Shown here piece by piece: positions 1 to 11,814 of a DNA stretch of 64,000 nucleotides. A program made the position numbers and the translations under genes. Origin of the DNA: Elsinoe ampelina (lineage: Eukaryota); the NCBI GenBank assembly GCA_010093995.1, contig ML992505.1, forward strand, positions 671,392-735,391, written 5' to 3'. Position 1 is the first letter of the stretch. Every line of letters begins with the position of its first letter. Below the pieces are notes generated by a model that worked only from the letters and a program-made list of their open reading frames with translations, was not told the DNA's origin and ran no database searches.

Positions 1-411
1 CATAAGTCTGCACTGGACGCTGCCGAATCGGGTGGACACTGGAGCGTTGCAAAACTGCTTCAAAAGCACAGACACGAAAAGGAGCGAGAACAGCAGAGTG
101 ATATCAGCGAAGACATGACCTCTGACATGCGGGACGCGGTGTGGCAATTCATGAGCGAAAGATGGAGTGGATTTGGCCAGTATCGCCACGGCTCTTGCGA
201 GCCTCTGGACGCCTGCGAAGCAGAACACAATCACGCGAGCAGTGATGGCCATGAAAGTGAGTTCGGCAGCGAAGATGGTTCCGAACCCAGTCTGGGCAGA
301 TGCAGCGAGTCCCAAGATGACCGTATCCATAGTGATGACGAGGACAATTGCGACGTACAGCTTGCCGAAATCTACACTAGCAGCGACGATAACAGTGCCA
401 ACGCTGGATAG
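1..411 (+). CDS. 3' end of a probable ankyrin-repeat protein (5' part outside window) with acidic tail
   Basis: Frame 1 is open from base 1. SALDAAESGGHWSVAKLLQKH resembles an ankyrin repeat and is followed by a D/E/S-rich tail; stop TAG 409-411. Confidence 0.5.
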   Translation, partial: HKSALDAAESGGHWSVAKLLQKHRHEKEREQQSDISEDMTSDMRDAVWQFMSERWSGFGQYRHGSCEPLDACEAEHNHASSDGHESEFGSEDGSEPSLGRCSESQDDRIHSDDEDNCDVQLAEIYTSSDDNSANAG

Positions 412-743
412 TAGGCACGACTTCGAAGAATATTGGAATTGACATCTCGGGTAGTGTCGCTGGGTATATCCATTCCGAAGATACACGCACCTCCTCCCAA
501 GGACACTCGGCTGTTCGCCCGTCCAGCGGTGCCGCTAGGAAGCATGGCCAATCCTACAAATGTGGAGGTGGGCAAGCGCTCATGGTAATCGACTAGTCTC
601 GTGGAGGGTTCGGCAACAACGATGGAGCGTACAAAGCACAACGTAAATGGCATAAGTAAAGCATCACAGGCACCATGGAATGGCAAGCGCGTGGAATCTG
701 GATGACGTGATCCCTACCTGGCGACTCCACTGGAAGTCGACTG

Positions 744-1962
744 CTATGAGAAGAACTTGCTATATGCAGCCTTTTCCTTCTTCTGTCTCTCCACCTGCCT
801 CTTCTTCGTCGCAGCAACCTCATTCGCGATCGCGGTATCGTTCGGAGCGAGCTTAGCAGCCTCCTCTAGATCCTTCAGCGCCTCCTCCTCATTCTTCAAT
901 GCATTCCTCGCAATAGCCCTCCTGAACAATGCCTTTGCCTTGTCTGCATCCTTGATCGTCTTGACAGCCAGCGCATTCGATCCGGACTTGTCCGCGCCGT
1001 CATAGTCCTTGAGCTTGTTCTGAAGCAGTGCGCTGTTGCAGTGGAGGTTGATCTTGAGGGCATCCAGCTGAGCACCAGTGTCCGGGCCGTCGCTGTCGAG
1101 AGGTTCTGGGTATTCGTGGAGGTAACGGAGACCCTTCTGGTACTTGGCCAGCCCAAGATCCAGGTCTCCAGCCTTGAACGCTTTTGTACCCATCTCTTTC
1201 AGATCCGTGGCGATTCTAATGATCTCCTCACCCTTCCACTCTCCATCCGGCTGCTGATCTTCTGGGAAATCCTCGTAAGGGTCGCCAGACTTGTCGGCCG
1301 CACGCTTGGTAGCATTCTCATAATCCTCGCCAGACAGCTCGCCACAATCGTCGATCGTGCAGTCGCGGACTGGCTTGTCGCTGGAACCAGTAGCAGTCTG
1401 CTCAAGGGTGCGGACGACGTTCTTGCCCTGCAGGACCTCGCCGAAGACGACGTGCTTGCCGTCCAGATGAGGCGTAGGGACTGTGGTTATGAAGAATTGA
1501 GATCCGTTGGTGCCAGGTCCTGCATTGGCCATGCTGAGGAGGAAGGGCTTCTCGTGCTTGAGCTGAAAGTTCTCATCGTCAAACTTCTCGCCATAGATGC
1601 TCTCGCCTCCGGTGCCATTGCCAGCTGTGAAGTCACCACCCTGAATCATGAACTGCTTGATGATGCGGTGGAATGAGGATCCCTTGTAGTGAAGGGGCTT
1701 GCCACTCTTTCCCTCTCCCTTTTGACCTGTGCATAGTGCTCGGAAGTTTTCGGCTGTCTTGGGGACGACTGTAGCTCGTTAGATCGAATGCTCATCACTG
1801 AAAGTCAGGTGACATACTGTCATTGTACTGTGCAAGTCAGCCTCCAGTTCTGGTTTGAATTGAGATCACAATGGGCTCACTTACCAGCTCGAATGTGACA
1901 CGACCCTGCTTCGCCTTGCCAATGCTGACGTCAAAGAAGACGCGACTGCGTTTAGCTGCCAT
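744..1962 (-). CDS. CPR6: Cyclophilin-40 type peptidyl-prolyl isomerase with TPR domain; exons 1962-1885, 1827-1818 (10-nt microexon), 1768-744
   Basis: [62 protein letters not shown] plus C-terminal TPR (KALFRRA); GT-AG introns with CTGAC/CTAAC branch points. Confidence 0.95.
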
Positions 1963-2187
1963 GGCTGCTGTGTGTGCTTGGTCTTCGTCAAGAATATGTG
2001 AGGATTGTGAAGCTGAATTGAGGTGGTAAAGTCAATTGCAAGCTGTGGTTGATGTTAGACACTGTTAGACACGGATGGAAACTTCGAGCTGACCGAAATT
2101 CAAAGTTCTGCCCCGCGATCTGTGGTCTGTGCGGATTGCGGCCTTGAGATGACCTCCGAGCATCAACGCAGATGCAGGATTGTTTGC

Positions 2188-2925
2188 TCACTCAAGCAGG
2201 GATGCGGGCAAGATGAATTGCTTCTCAATCTTGCCTTTGATCGTCGCGTCTTCCGGCAATTCCAAACCAGTCGGATTCTTCATTGGAGGTGGACTTGTGT
2301 CAATCTCAATCGTAACCTTGGCAAGTCAGCAACCGCGTCGCGAATCTCAAAAGTGAATGAAGCCGCATGAGAGAATTACCACGCCATCTTCGCAGCTATA
2401 ATCGACACCTACCGGACCATCATTGATTAGAGCGACATCCATCATCGCCTGGAAAACACCATCCTTGACTCTGTCCTCTCTATACTGCTTCTGGACTGTC
2501 TGAAAGAAGCGGTCGTACAATTCCTTCGCGGGACCTGGTGGCGCAGACTTGTGAAGGTCTGGTTTGTTCTTTTTCGTGCCTGCCAGCAGAGTGAACTGAG
2601 ATACTGAGATACATCAGTCCTGTCGTGCATGATCATCCCGTCCTGCATACCGCAAAGGATCTCGCCTTCGATTTCCTGCACATTCTTTTTCCACTTTCCG
2701 CCCTCGTCGTCGTCCCATAATTTGACCTTCAAGACTTTGTTCGCCATTGACTCCACTTCCTTCAGGGTATCGTCTTTTGCCACACCAGCAAATATCAATA
2801 AGCCTTTTTCGATAGATGATATAAGCTTGCCATCCACTGTGACGGAAGCAGACTTTACTCTTTGCAGTACAGCTAAAATGGTCAGCTGCACGCCATAGTG
2901 ATCTGCAAGGGGACGCACTCTTCAT
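2188..2925 (-). CDS. DTD1: D-aminoacyl-tRNA deacylase, multi-exon
   Basis: MKTVLQRVKSASVTVDG...SQFTL...GVFQAMMDVALINDGPV motifs; last exon VTIEIDTSPP...SLLE* (2316-2188). Confidence 0.9.
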
Positions 2926-3351
2926 TGTGTAGATTTGCCCGCCCACGTCTGTGTAACACTCCGCGGAAGTCTCTCTTCACCGCTTGATGATATCGTTAAT
3001 GAAATGGGTAAAGCTGTCTGGATCAGCTGGACAAATGCATTAAACGCAAATAGAAACGCGTCTGAAATTACGAAAGAAACTTGTGTACATGTGACAGAAC
3101 CAAAAATGAGTCTCATGATCGCATAGAGACTGAAGCTGGAAGATCCTCGGCTGTACCCGTCGTTGCGGCGCGACAACCTGTCGCATTGCCTGTATGCAAG
3201 ACCACCCTTGTTGTATTCTGCAGGCATAAGCGCCGCAATCACAGCTGGGTTTTATCAATCTTTTGTCGTCCCCCATCGCGACGTATAACAATCACAATCA
3301 CTCCACCGACCTGCGACTCTCTACTTCAAATATACTGGACCCTCTTTCGTT

Positions 3352-5352
3352 ATGGCGGCTCGGAAGCTCCAACAGGAGATCGATAAGGTACAACCGCCAG
3401 CAAGTTCACATGAGGTGGGACTGACATTGGACAGACCTTCAAAAAGGTAGATGAAGGTGTGGCAGTGTTCGAAGGCATCTACGAAAAGCTCCAAGCATCG
3501 ACGAACCCATCACAGAAAGAGAAGCTCGAAGATTCGCTGAAAAAGGAGATCAAGAAGCTGCAAAAGTCACGAGATCAAATCAAGCAATGGGCGACACAAA
3601 ACGATGTGAAGGACAAGGCGCCTTTACAAGAAAAGCGGCGGTTGATCGAACAAGTATGAAGCTCTTGTGTGTATACGGCTCAAACTGACCAGGACAGCAA
3701 ATGGAGAGATTCAAGGCAGTGGAAAAGGAGATGAAGACGAAAGCATATTCGAAAGAAGGCTTATCAGCGGCAGCCAAGTTGGATCCCAAAGAGCAAGAAA
3801 AGGCCAACATGTGCGACTTTCTCTCAGGACAAGTGGACGAGCTTGAACAGCAGATCGAACGACTGGAGACGGAAGCTTCGACGTTACAAAGCGGCATCAA
3901 GAAGGGCAAGAAGGACACCTCGAAAGCCGAGCGGATAGCGGAATTGGAGGGGAAGCAGGAACAACATCGATGGCACCAAAATAAGCTGGAACGATTACTA
4001 CGGTCGGTGGAGAATGGAGGAATAGAGGTTGATCAGGTCAAAGAAATTGAGGACAGCATCAAGTACTATGTGGAAAACAACACGGAAGTGGACTTTGTGG
4101 ATGACGACACGATATACGACGAGTTCAATCTGGATGAGGAGGATGGTCTTGTGGGCGACACGGACAGAGTGTCATCACAAGATGCACAATCGATTCAGGA
4201 TGATGGACCAGAGTATGAAGAGCGGCCGAAACTGGCACCATCGATACCGAAAGCAAAGTCAACGGAAGCTCCGGCGGCACAAGCACGAAGACCATCAGTA
4301 CAACTCAAATCACCTCTACCAGCGCTGGCGACGCTACATACAGCACCGGCGGCAACGACGAGTGGACCAGCGAAGGACACAGGGATGAAGCCGGCACCCT
4401 TACCGACGATACCGACGGGACAACCACTGAAGTATGCATCTGCAGCAGCGGCTGCGGCAGCCAGCGACAAGGCAGGTGTAGGTATCGCACCATTACCACC
4501 TCCACCACAGACAGCAAAGACGAGCAGCTCCAATTCTCCCTCGACAGCCCTATCACAACCTGCGACGATTGCTCCATCACCTCAACAAGTACCTCCCGCC
4601 AAGCCGGTCAAGCCAGCAGAGTCAGTGGCAGAGCCATCACCAGCACCAACACCAGCAAAGCCTGTAGAGAAACAGTCAACACCTGCACCAGAAGTATCGA
4701 CGCCGGTCATCGAACCTCCGCCAGGACTGTCACACTCGAATGGTACCACTCCTATCACGAATGGTGATGCACGAGAGGAGGATGAGATTGAGTCGATATG
4801 GCACCTCCCGTCAAGTCTGCAAGATGTGCTTGGATCGTTCCAGGCAGCCAAGGCGAGAAATGCTGCAAACAATCCAGCAGACGAGCGCATGTTGGCGGCG
4901 TCACGAGCACAATGTCCATCACCGTTGGACGCGGAGAAGCCGAATCACTACAAACCACAAACGCCATTCGCTTACACGCCTGCACACTACCCACAAGAAC
5001 CACTACAGATCTTTGACGATCCCCGACTATACAACAGGATCGACCCAGACACTCTCTTCTATGCCTTCTACTACCGACAAGGAACGTATCAGCAGTACCT
5101 CGCAGCAAAAGCGCTTAAGAGTCAAAGCTGGCGGTTTCATAAGCAGTACCAGACATGGTTCCAAAGACATGAGGAGCCCAAGAATATTACCGAGGAGTAC
5201 GAGCAGGGGACCTATCGGTTCTTCGACTATGAATCGACTTGGTGAGTTGACACTATTACGTGGATATTGAACGTTGCTAACCAATGTCCAGGATGAACCG
5301 TAGAAAGGCCGACTTCAAGTTTGCTTACAAGTTCCTCGAGGATGATCTCTAG
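3352..5352 (+). CDS. NOT3: CCR4-NOT complex subunit Not3/Not5, 4 exons
   Basis: MAARKLQQEIDK|TFKKVDEG N-terminus; MERFKAVEKEMKTKAYSKEGL; C-terminal NOT box (TLFYAFYY..SWRFHKQYQTWFQRHEEP..W|MNRRKADFKFAYKFLEDDL). Confidence 0.95.
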
Positions 5353-6095
5353 TGGAAGATGCTTTTCCCGGACGATGAATGATGGGTCACTCTGCTCTGG
5401 TAGTGTTTACGGGTCGCTTCAGGTTGATGTAGTCGGCGAGAAGCAAATGTGATGAGCTTGACGAGGACTGTCCAGATGTCCGAAATTTCCGGTCTCTATC
5501 GTACGTACGTGACGACGCATCTCCATCTCAGGCATCCACATCCCAGCCATGCTCACGTATGCCAACCTCTCCATGCTGAGTCCGCATATGAATAATGACG
5601 AGTTATCTCCATGACTCGGCTGTAACAATCCTTGCACCAGCCATGTGCTGACCTTGTCTCACGTTTTGCTGCGGTCAGATGGTCTGCGGAACCACACGGC
5701 CAGGCGACACTTTCAGCTCAACCTGAACAGCCTCAGGGAATCCGTTCAGGTCCTCGCATAATTTCAAGACTCTCTTTATCTCCTTTCCGCCATGTCCGTT
5801 CGTAACCTCACGTAACCCAAAATACCTCATCAAGATTACGAAAGGTCATTCTGCATCATTCCAGCAAGGGCCACAGGCAAAACTACCCGCAAACCAAAGC
5901 CCGCTGTTTCCGCGCGTCGGGGCCATCGGCGCCCGTCTTCTCCCTCTCACGCCCCGAACCAAACCCCCATCAATATCCAAGGGTCCGCTGTCCATCCGCC
6001 GTGATATAATCCACGCATTCCACCCGGGGGGCGCGTCCCACGTCAAACACGCAAACACCACCCATTGAAGCTCAAGAAATGGTCATGCAATTGCC

Positions 6096-9000
6096 ATGGA
6101 ACAGCTACAGATCCACAGTCGGGTGAGCACTCCCCTCCAGCTCTAAACTTTTGATCGGCGGGCAGACAGCTGACAGCTAATCGCAGAGCTACATCGTGAG
6201 ATGGATCAACGTCAACGCCGGGGAGTCTATCTCCTGGAGCTTACAACCGCACAAGAAAGGTCTCAATTTTGGCATCTTCAAGCATCCCGGTGGTAAAGGG
6301 GCTGCGAATAATCTGCCCACGTCAGCGACGCTGGATGTACCACCTACGCCGTCCGAGCAGGGGTTCAAAGAGAGGAGGAACTCGACGGCGAAAGAGAATG
6401 ATGTTTCCGCGGTGGTGGACAAGTTGCAGGGCGTAGGGCTCAAATGCGTGTCATGGAAGGGGAAGTGTGAGGCCGATCTGGTGTCCATGGGGAGGTACGA
6501 GGTGCAGGACGGAGAAGGGGGGATGTACGGGCTTGTGTTCGACAACACCTTCTCGAAAACAGTAGCGAAAACCGCGACGTTTGTCCTCATGACGCATCCG
6601 ACTACTGCGCCGCCGAAGTCTGGTGCGCAGCTGAGGTACTCCAATGCGCAGGCTGCGACAAGCTCGACTAGTGTGGGGAGGAGTCCGAGTTTGCGACCCA
6701 GAACGGCGTCGAATGAGTCCTTGATTCAGGACGCGAGGTCGATACCGTCGATCAAGATACCGAGGAGGGAGAGTGCGACGTCGGTTGCCAGTGGGTTCTA
6801 TACCGGGACTATGCACAAGAAGCGGAGGAAGAAGAATCAGGGATATGCGAGGCGATTCTTCTCGTTGGATTTTACATCTTCGACGCTGTCGTATTATCGC
6901 AATAGTCATGCGTCGGCGTTGAGAGGGTCGGTGCCGTTGTCGCTGGCTGCGATCGGGGTGGACGAGAAGAGGAAGGAGTTTAGCATTGATTCTGGAGCTG
7001 AGGTCTGGCATCTTCGGCTGAGGAACAAGAAGGACTTTGAGGCGTGGAGGAGGGCGCTGGAACGAGCGACTAGTTCTCCTGTTGGACTGCCGTCGCCTGT
7101 TGGTCCGAGGTCGTCGAAGAGTCTTGAAGAAGGACAGACGCCGGTCTTCAGCGACCCATTGGCTGATCGAGACTGGCTGCGTGTTGAGCAGCTCGTGGGT
7201 AGAGTGTCGGGAACTCGCGATGCAGTTAGGAGACTTGCACAAGACACGGATCCAAAGTACACTACCACCAACAGCCAGCAACCGAGCAGCTCACCTGGCG
7301 CGTCACCTGTGGAGGCCAATCCCTTTTTCCAGGACGTCCCGGACAAGGAGGGCCAGAAGCTACCTTTTTGGAAACGTAAGCCCAGCTCTGGCAATACAAG
7401 CACCGAAAGCAGAGCGAGTCTACTTCGGAGGAGCTTTTCGGCGCAGAGCACCGTGCCGGCACAGACAGTCCCAAACGGCCCAACATCACCAGCTCTGTCT
7501 ATACCAAAGATCCGAGCGCCGTCGACGAATGGTGTCAGCGAAGATATCCACGAGAGGTGCATGGCTTTGCTACGTGATCTGGATGCTACGGTTTCTGAGT
7601 TCTCTTCTCTTCTCACAGAGTCCAAGGCGCGGAGACGACTCCCAATCAGCAAGACAGCCTCACGCATGTCTATGGAATCCTCAGCATCTGCAGATGACTT
7701 CTTTGACGCAGCCGAAGCGCCAGATGCTGCACCTCAGATGATCTCGATCAGGAACTCTGATGAGCTTGCATCGGAGAGAGACGACTTCTTCTCCGACACT
7801 GAATCTGTTGCCTCGAGCACGACAGAACCATCGGGATTCCTCGAACACTCTTCTACTCTACCAGGTACACTCTTTCCGTCTCTTCCAAAGACGCCTCTAC
7901 CTTCGACGATACCAAAAGTTTCCCCTCGAATTGCAATTCCCCCACCTCGGCAACCTCCTCCATCTATCGTCTCATTCCTGCGCAAGAATGCTGGCAAGGA
8001 TCTCTCGACTGTTGCTATGCCAGTGACAGCCAACGAGCCGCTCTCCCTCCTGCAACGTCTTGCTGAGCCTCTCGAGAATGTTTCTCTACTGTCTTTGGCA
8101 GCTTCCGCCTCTACTTCGACAGAAAGACTCCTCTATGTCACTGCCTTTGCAATCGGCACTCTTGCTGCGAATCGTGTCAAGGAACGTGCTGTTCGCAAAC
8201 CCTTCAACCCCATGCTTGGCGAGACGTACGAGCTTGTTCGGCCTGTTCCGGGTACCAAAGGCACCTACCGCTTCGTAGCAGAGAAGATCCAGCACCATCC
8301 TGTTCGTATGGCGTGGCAGGCCGACGATGTTGCAGGGAAATGGAGTGTCGCGCAAACCCCAAGACCAGTGCAGAAATTCTGGGGTAAATCTGTTGAAGTC
8401 AACACCGAGGGCCGTATGAGGGTCGTCGTGTCTCCCGGCCAGGAAAAGGGCAAAGAGGAGAGGTACAGCTGGGCTCAACCCACTGCTTACCTGCGGAATG
8501 TCATTGCGGGAGAGAAATATGTCGAGCCAACGGGCAGCTTGACTGTGGTCAACGAGACGGAAGGTGGCAAGGCGATAGCCACATTCAAGGCATCCGGCAT
8601 GTTCTCGGGAAGAAGCGAGGAGGTGACCGTCGTCGTCTACGGACCAGATGGAGAGCAGACCGGTGCGGGACTCGTGGGGACATGGACCAAGGAGCTGAAA
8701 CGTACCGACACTGATGAAGTCATCTGGAAGGCTGCAGACGTGGTCAAAGACGCCGGCAAGAACTGGGGCTTCTCCATCTTCGCCGCCAGTCTGAACGAGA
8801 TGACTGGCATTGAAGAACAAAAGGTCCCACCCACCGACAGCCGTCTCCGACCAGACCAACAAGCTCTAGAGAAAGGCGAGCTGGACGCTGCAGAAGGCTT
8901 GAAGGCTCGTCTTGAAGAACGTCAACGAGGCCGGCGAAAGGTCATGGAAGCACACGGTCGCGCTCACGAACCCGTTTGGTTCCAGAAAGTAGACGACGAA

Positions 9001-9102
9001 GGGGACGAGGAGGTTTGGCGCCTCAAGTCGGGCAAGGAAGGATATTGGGAAAGACGAGAGAAGGGCGATTGGAAAGGGTTGGTGGATGTATTCGAGATGT
9101 AG
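6096..9102 (+). CDS. OSH3: Oxysterol-binding protein, Osh3 type (GOLD-PH-ORD); intron 6123-6186
   Basis: MEQLQIHSR|SYIVRW GOLD start, GLVFDNTFSK, PH domain (KKRRKKNQGYARRFFSL), ORD (KPFNPMLGETYE, EKIQHHP, PTDSRLRPDQ). Confidence 0.92.
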
Positions 9103-9241
9103 CATTAGCATTACCCTTAAACATGAAGATCCTGCCCGTACAATCCTGACTCGTCATCCCCTCCCCTCTCCTGCCCACCGCTCCATGCCCTACAGTCTCC
9201 CCGTCTCCCCACCTCCCTCGCCACCTTCCCCCTGCCCCTCC

Positions 9242-9646
9242 TCACGATCCTCCACCTGGTGCGCTCTCCTTCTCCAACCGTTCAAACAACCCCCTCCCCA
9301 CCTCCTCCCCGTGCCAACACCGCGTCACAGCCCCAATCTCGATCCCCCCGTACACATGCGCGAACAGATCCCCCCCGCGCGACGGCTCCCACTTGACCTC
9401 ATCCTTGACTTTGGCCAGATCCACCTCGGCGACGACGAGATCGGTCCGGCCCGAGAAGTATTTATCGTAGGTGCCGAGGGATTGGGAGGCGGTGGAGAGG
9501 TGGATGTAGCCGTCCGTGAGGTCGATGCCGGAGCCGGTGAAGTGGCCCGTGGATTTCCAGGTGGTGTAGAGGGGGGAGGGGAGGATTTTGAGGGCTTTGC
9601 TTGGGTGGTTGGTGCGGGACATGGTTGGGGTGAGGCGTTTGAGCAT
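9242..9646 (-). CDS. DUF952 family protein, intronless (start may be the ATG at 9622)
   Basis: D.TDGYIHLST..Q...KYF...DL...KWEPSRGGDLFAHVYG matches the DUF952 signature. Confidence 0.8.
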   Translation of the reverse strand: MLKRLTPTMSRTNHPSKALKILPSPLYTTWKSTGHFTGSGIDLTDGYIHLSTASQSLGTYDKYFSGRTDLVVAEVDLAKVKDEVKWEPSRGGDLFAHVYGGIEIGAVTRCWHGEEVGRGLFERLEKESAPGGGS

Positions 9647-10743
9647 GTATATGTCGTCGGTGGTGGGTGGCGGAGGGGGGATGGAGGGGGGGATGGAGGA
9701 AGGGGCGTGGGCGGGAGGGTCCGGGGAATGGGAATTCTGGGTGGTGGGGGGCCGGTGACCTTGCTTCGTTCGTCTTTCAGTTCTTACTTCTGTTTACGTG
9801 ATCACTGCTTGTGAGTCCGTAGTAAGTGCGTTTGGAGCATTAGTGGCTGTCGTTCACGAGTGCCTGACCTCACACTGGCTGCTGTAGTGTCTGGTGGACC
9901 GTGACACTCATGCTTCTTGTCCCCTCGATCTACAGCCACCAGATCCCGGCACGCCACTGACATGCATCGACAACGCCGCACGCACCTCAGCAAGATCTTG
10001 ACGGGTGCTTGGGTAAAGCTTGATCTCGCATATTCAGATCCCTGGGACTCTCAAACTTCCAAACCATGAGCCCGTCGTGCATTGCGGCTACAGTAAAGCG
10101 GAAGAGTCTTCTCCTGAGTTTCCCCCCTCCTCGATCTGCCGGAGCAAGGTTTGGTTGTCACATCTTGCTTGATGGTAACACGGCTCACATCACACGGTGC
10201 ACCTGTGACTGGACCCGTCTGGAGAATGTTTCGTAAAGGTAGGGCATCGGAGGAAAAGTGTGCTGGTGGACACGATGGAGCTTGCCACACTTCTTCACCC
10301 ACCACGATCATTGACGAGGAAGGCTTCTTTTCGTAAGGCATGGCGGATCAACATCCCTGAACAACGAGGATATCATGCCGGACGATGCACCTAGAAATGC
10401 CCTTCGAACGCCACTTGCGAAATCACCATGTCCCGTCTCCCCACATGGCGTGTTTCGGGATCCTGGACAGTGTGGAATTCTGCACAGGGCCCAGCTCCAC
10501 GTGCGATCATCTGTGTTCCTGACGGTGCCTCTAGTTTCAGAAAATTAAGCTTCGGCATGGTAGATCCGTACCTGACGTGTACCTGTCGATTTCAACCGGG
10601 GGTAAGACTAAGTGAAGAATGTGAATGGCCGTGGTTTAAGTATCTGCTCTCTTGCCTGTTGAGCTTGCTACCATACAAGACAGATCTTTCTCACCACGCA
10701 TATCACCAACCTGTCAAAACACTTTCGATATATTTCATCCAAA

Positions 10744-11302
10744 ATGTACACCCTCCTAACCCTCACCTCCCTCCTCTCCCTCACCACCGCCCAAACCCTC
10801 AAAGCCTCCTTCACCCAATACGGCGCAGGCGACACCTTCGGCTCCCCCAACTGCAACACCAACACCGCAGCCTGCGGCTTCTACACTTCGCCCGGCTACT
10901 CCGCCGCCGCCTCACAGAACCTCTTCGGCGTCGGCCCCGGTGCAGGCGCCGGTCCGGCCTGCGGAACCTGCTACCGCCTGACAGCCAACACAGACAGCTC
11001 GGGCAACCGTCTCTCCAACGCCGGGAACAGCATCGTGGTGCAGGTGAACAATCTCTGCCCGGCACAGGGAAACCCGTTGTGCTCGCAGAATGGATTGTCG
11101 GGGACGAACCAGTATGGAGCGAATGTGAATTTTGATTTGTGCACGGATTCGGGGGCGGCAAAGGCTTTGTTTGGGAATTCTGGGGTGGGGTTGGCGGTTG
11201 GGACAGCGGTGAAGGTTTCGTGTAGTGTGAGTATCTGTCCGCACAGGGGAGAAGGAAGTGCTGACACTGTGATAGCAATGGAGCGGAACGGTTGTGCACT
11301 AG
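10744..11302 (+). CDS. Secreted GH45 subfamily C / expansin-like double-psi beta-barrel endoglucanase; intron 11227-11275
   Basis: Signal peptide; ASFTQY..ACG..AAASQNLFG..GAGPACGTCY..IVVQVNNLCPAQGN..TNQYG..FDLC..VSCS|QWSG, collinear with PcCel45A-type enzymes as I recall them. Confidence 0.8.
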
Positions 11303-11814
11303 GTTGTGGTGGGAAGTGGTTGACGAGGAGAGTTGGCAGGAAAGAAAAGAGATATGTGGATAAATTCCTTGTACACAGTAGAGAACAGAAGCAATGCTTA
11401 AGTAGCAAACTGCATGCAATACAGTACCTGATAATCTCATGCCACGTCAGCGTCAAACATCGGTCAAGTGCCTTAGGACTGTCGACGCTTTGTGGCAAAC
11501 CACACTGGATGGGTCGAGTCTGAGCTCGTCAGACTCTCTCGCCGCTGAAATTCGGTAACATAGAGCGCCGTCAGATTGGTTGATAAAAAGGATGCGCGAT
11601 TAATTATCTTGGAGGACATGTTCAAATTGTGAGAGAATGAGCAATCGTGCCAATGTAACGCCAAAAGTTGAAGCCATACGGCTAACGGCCCGCATCCCCG
11701 ACCTCACGTCCTGCTCATGAAATTTCCAAGCCCATCGCCAACTCCTTTGCGCCAACTCTCACAAACACCGACACGTTCCCCAACCATCCTCACACTTTTT
11801 TCCAACAACCGACC

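Noticed and set aside
1041..1676. Long antisense or alternate-frame ORFs over real genes (also 6451-7281, 8086-8862, 23745-24707, 41058-41624 and others)
   Set aside because: Shadows of GC-rich, codon-biased CDSs; no recognisable motifs.
2990..3125. Lower-GC stretch in the DTD1/NOT3 divergent region considered as snRNA/snoRNA
   Set aside because: No convincing C/D, H/ACA or Sm-site architecture; likely promoter or UTR.
11516..11536. Hairpin GAGTCTGA-N5-TCAGACTC
   Set aside because: An 8-bp stem is expected by chance in 64 kb; no supporting context.
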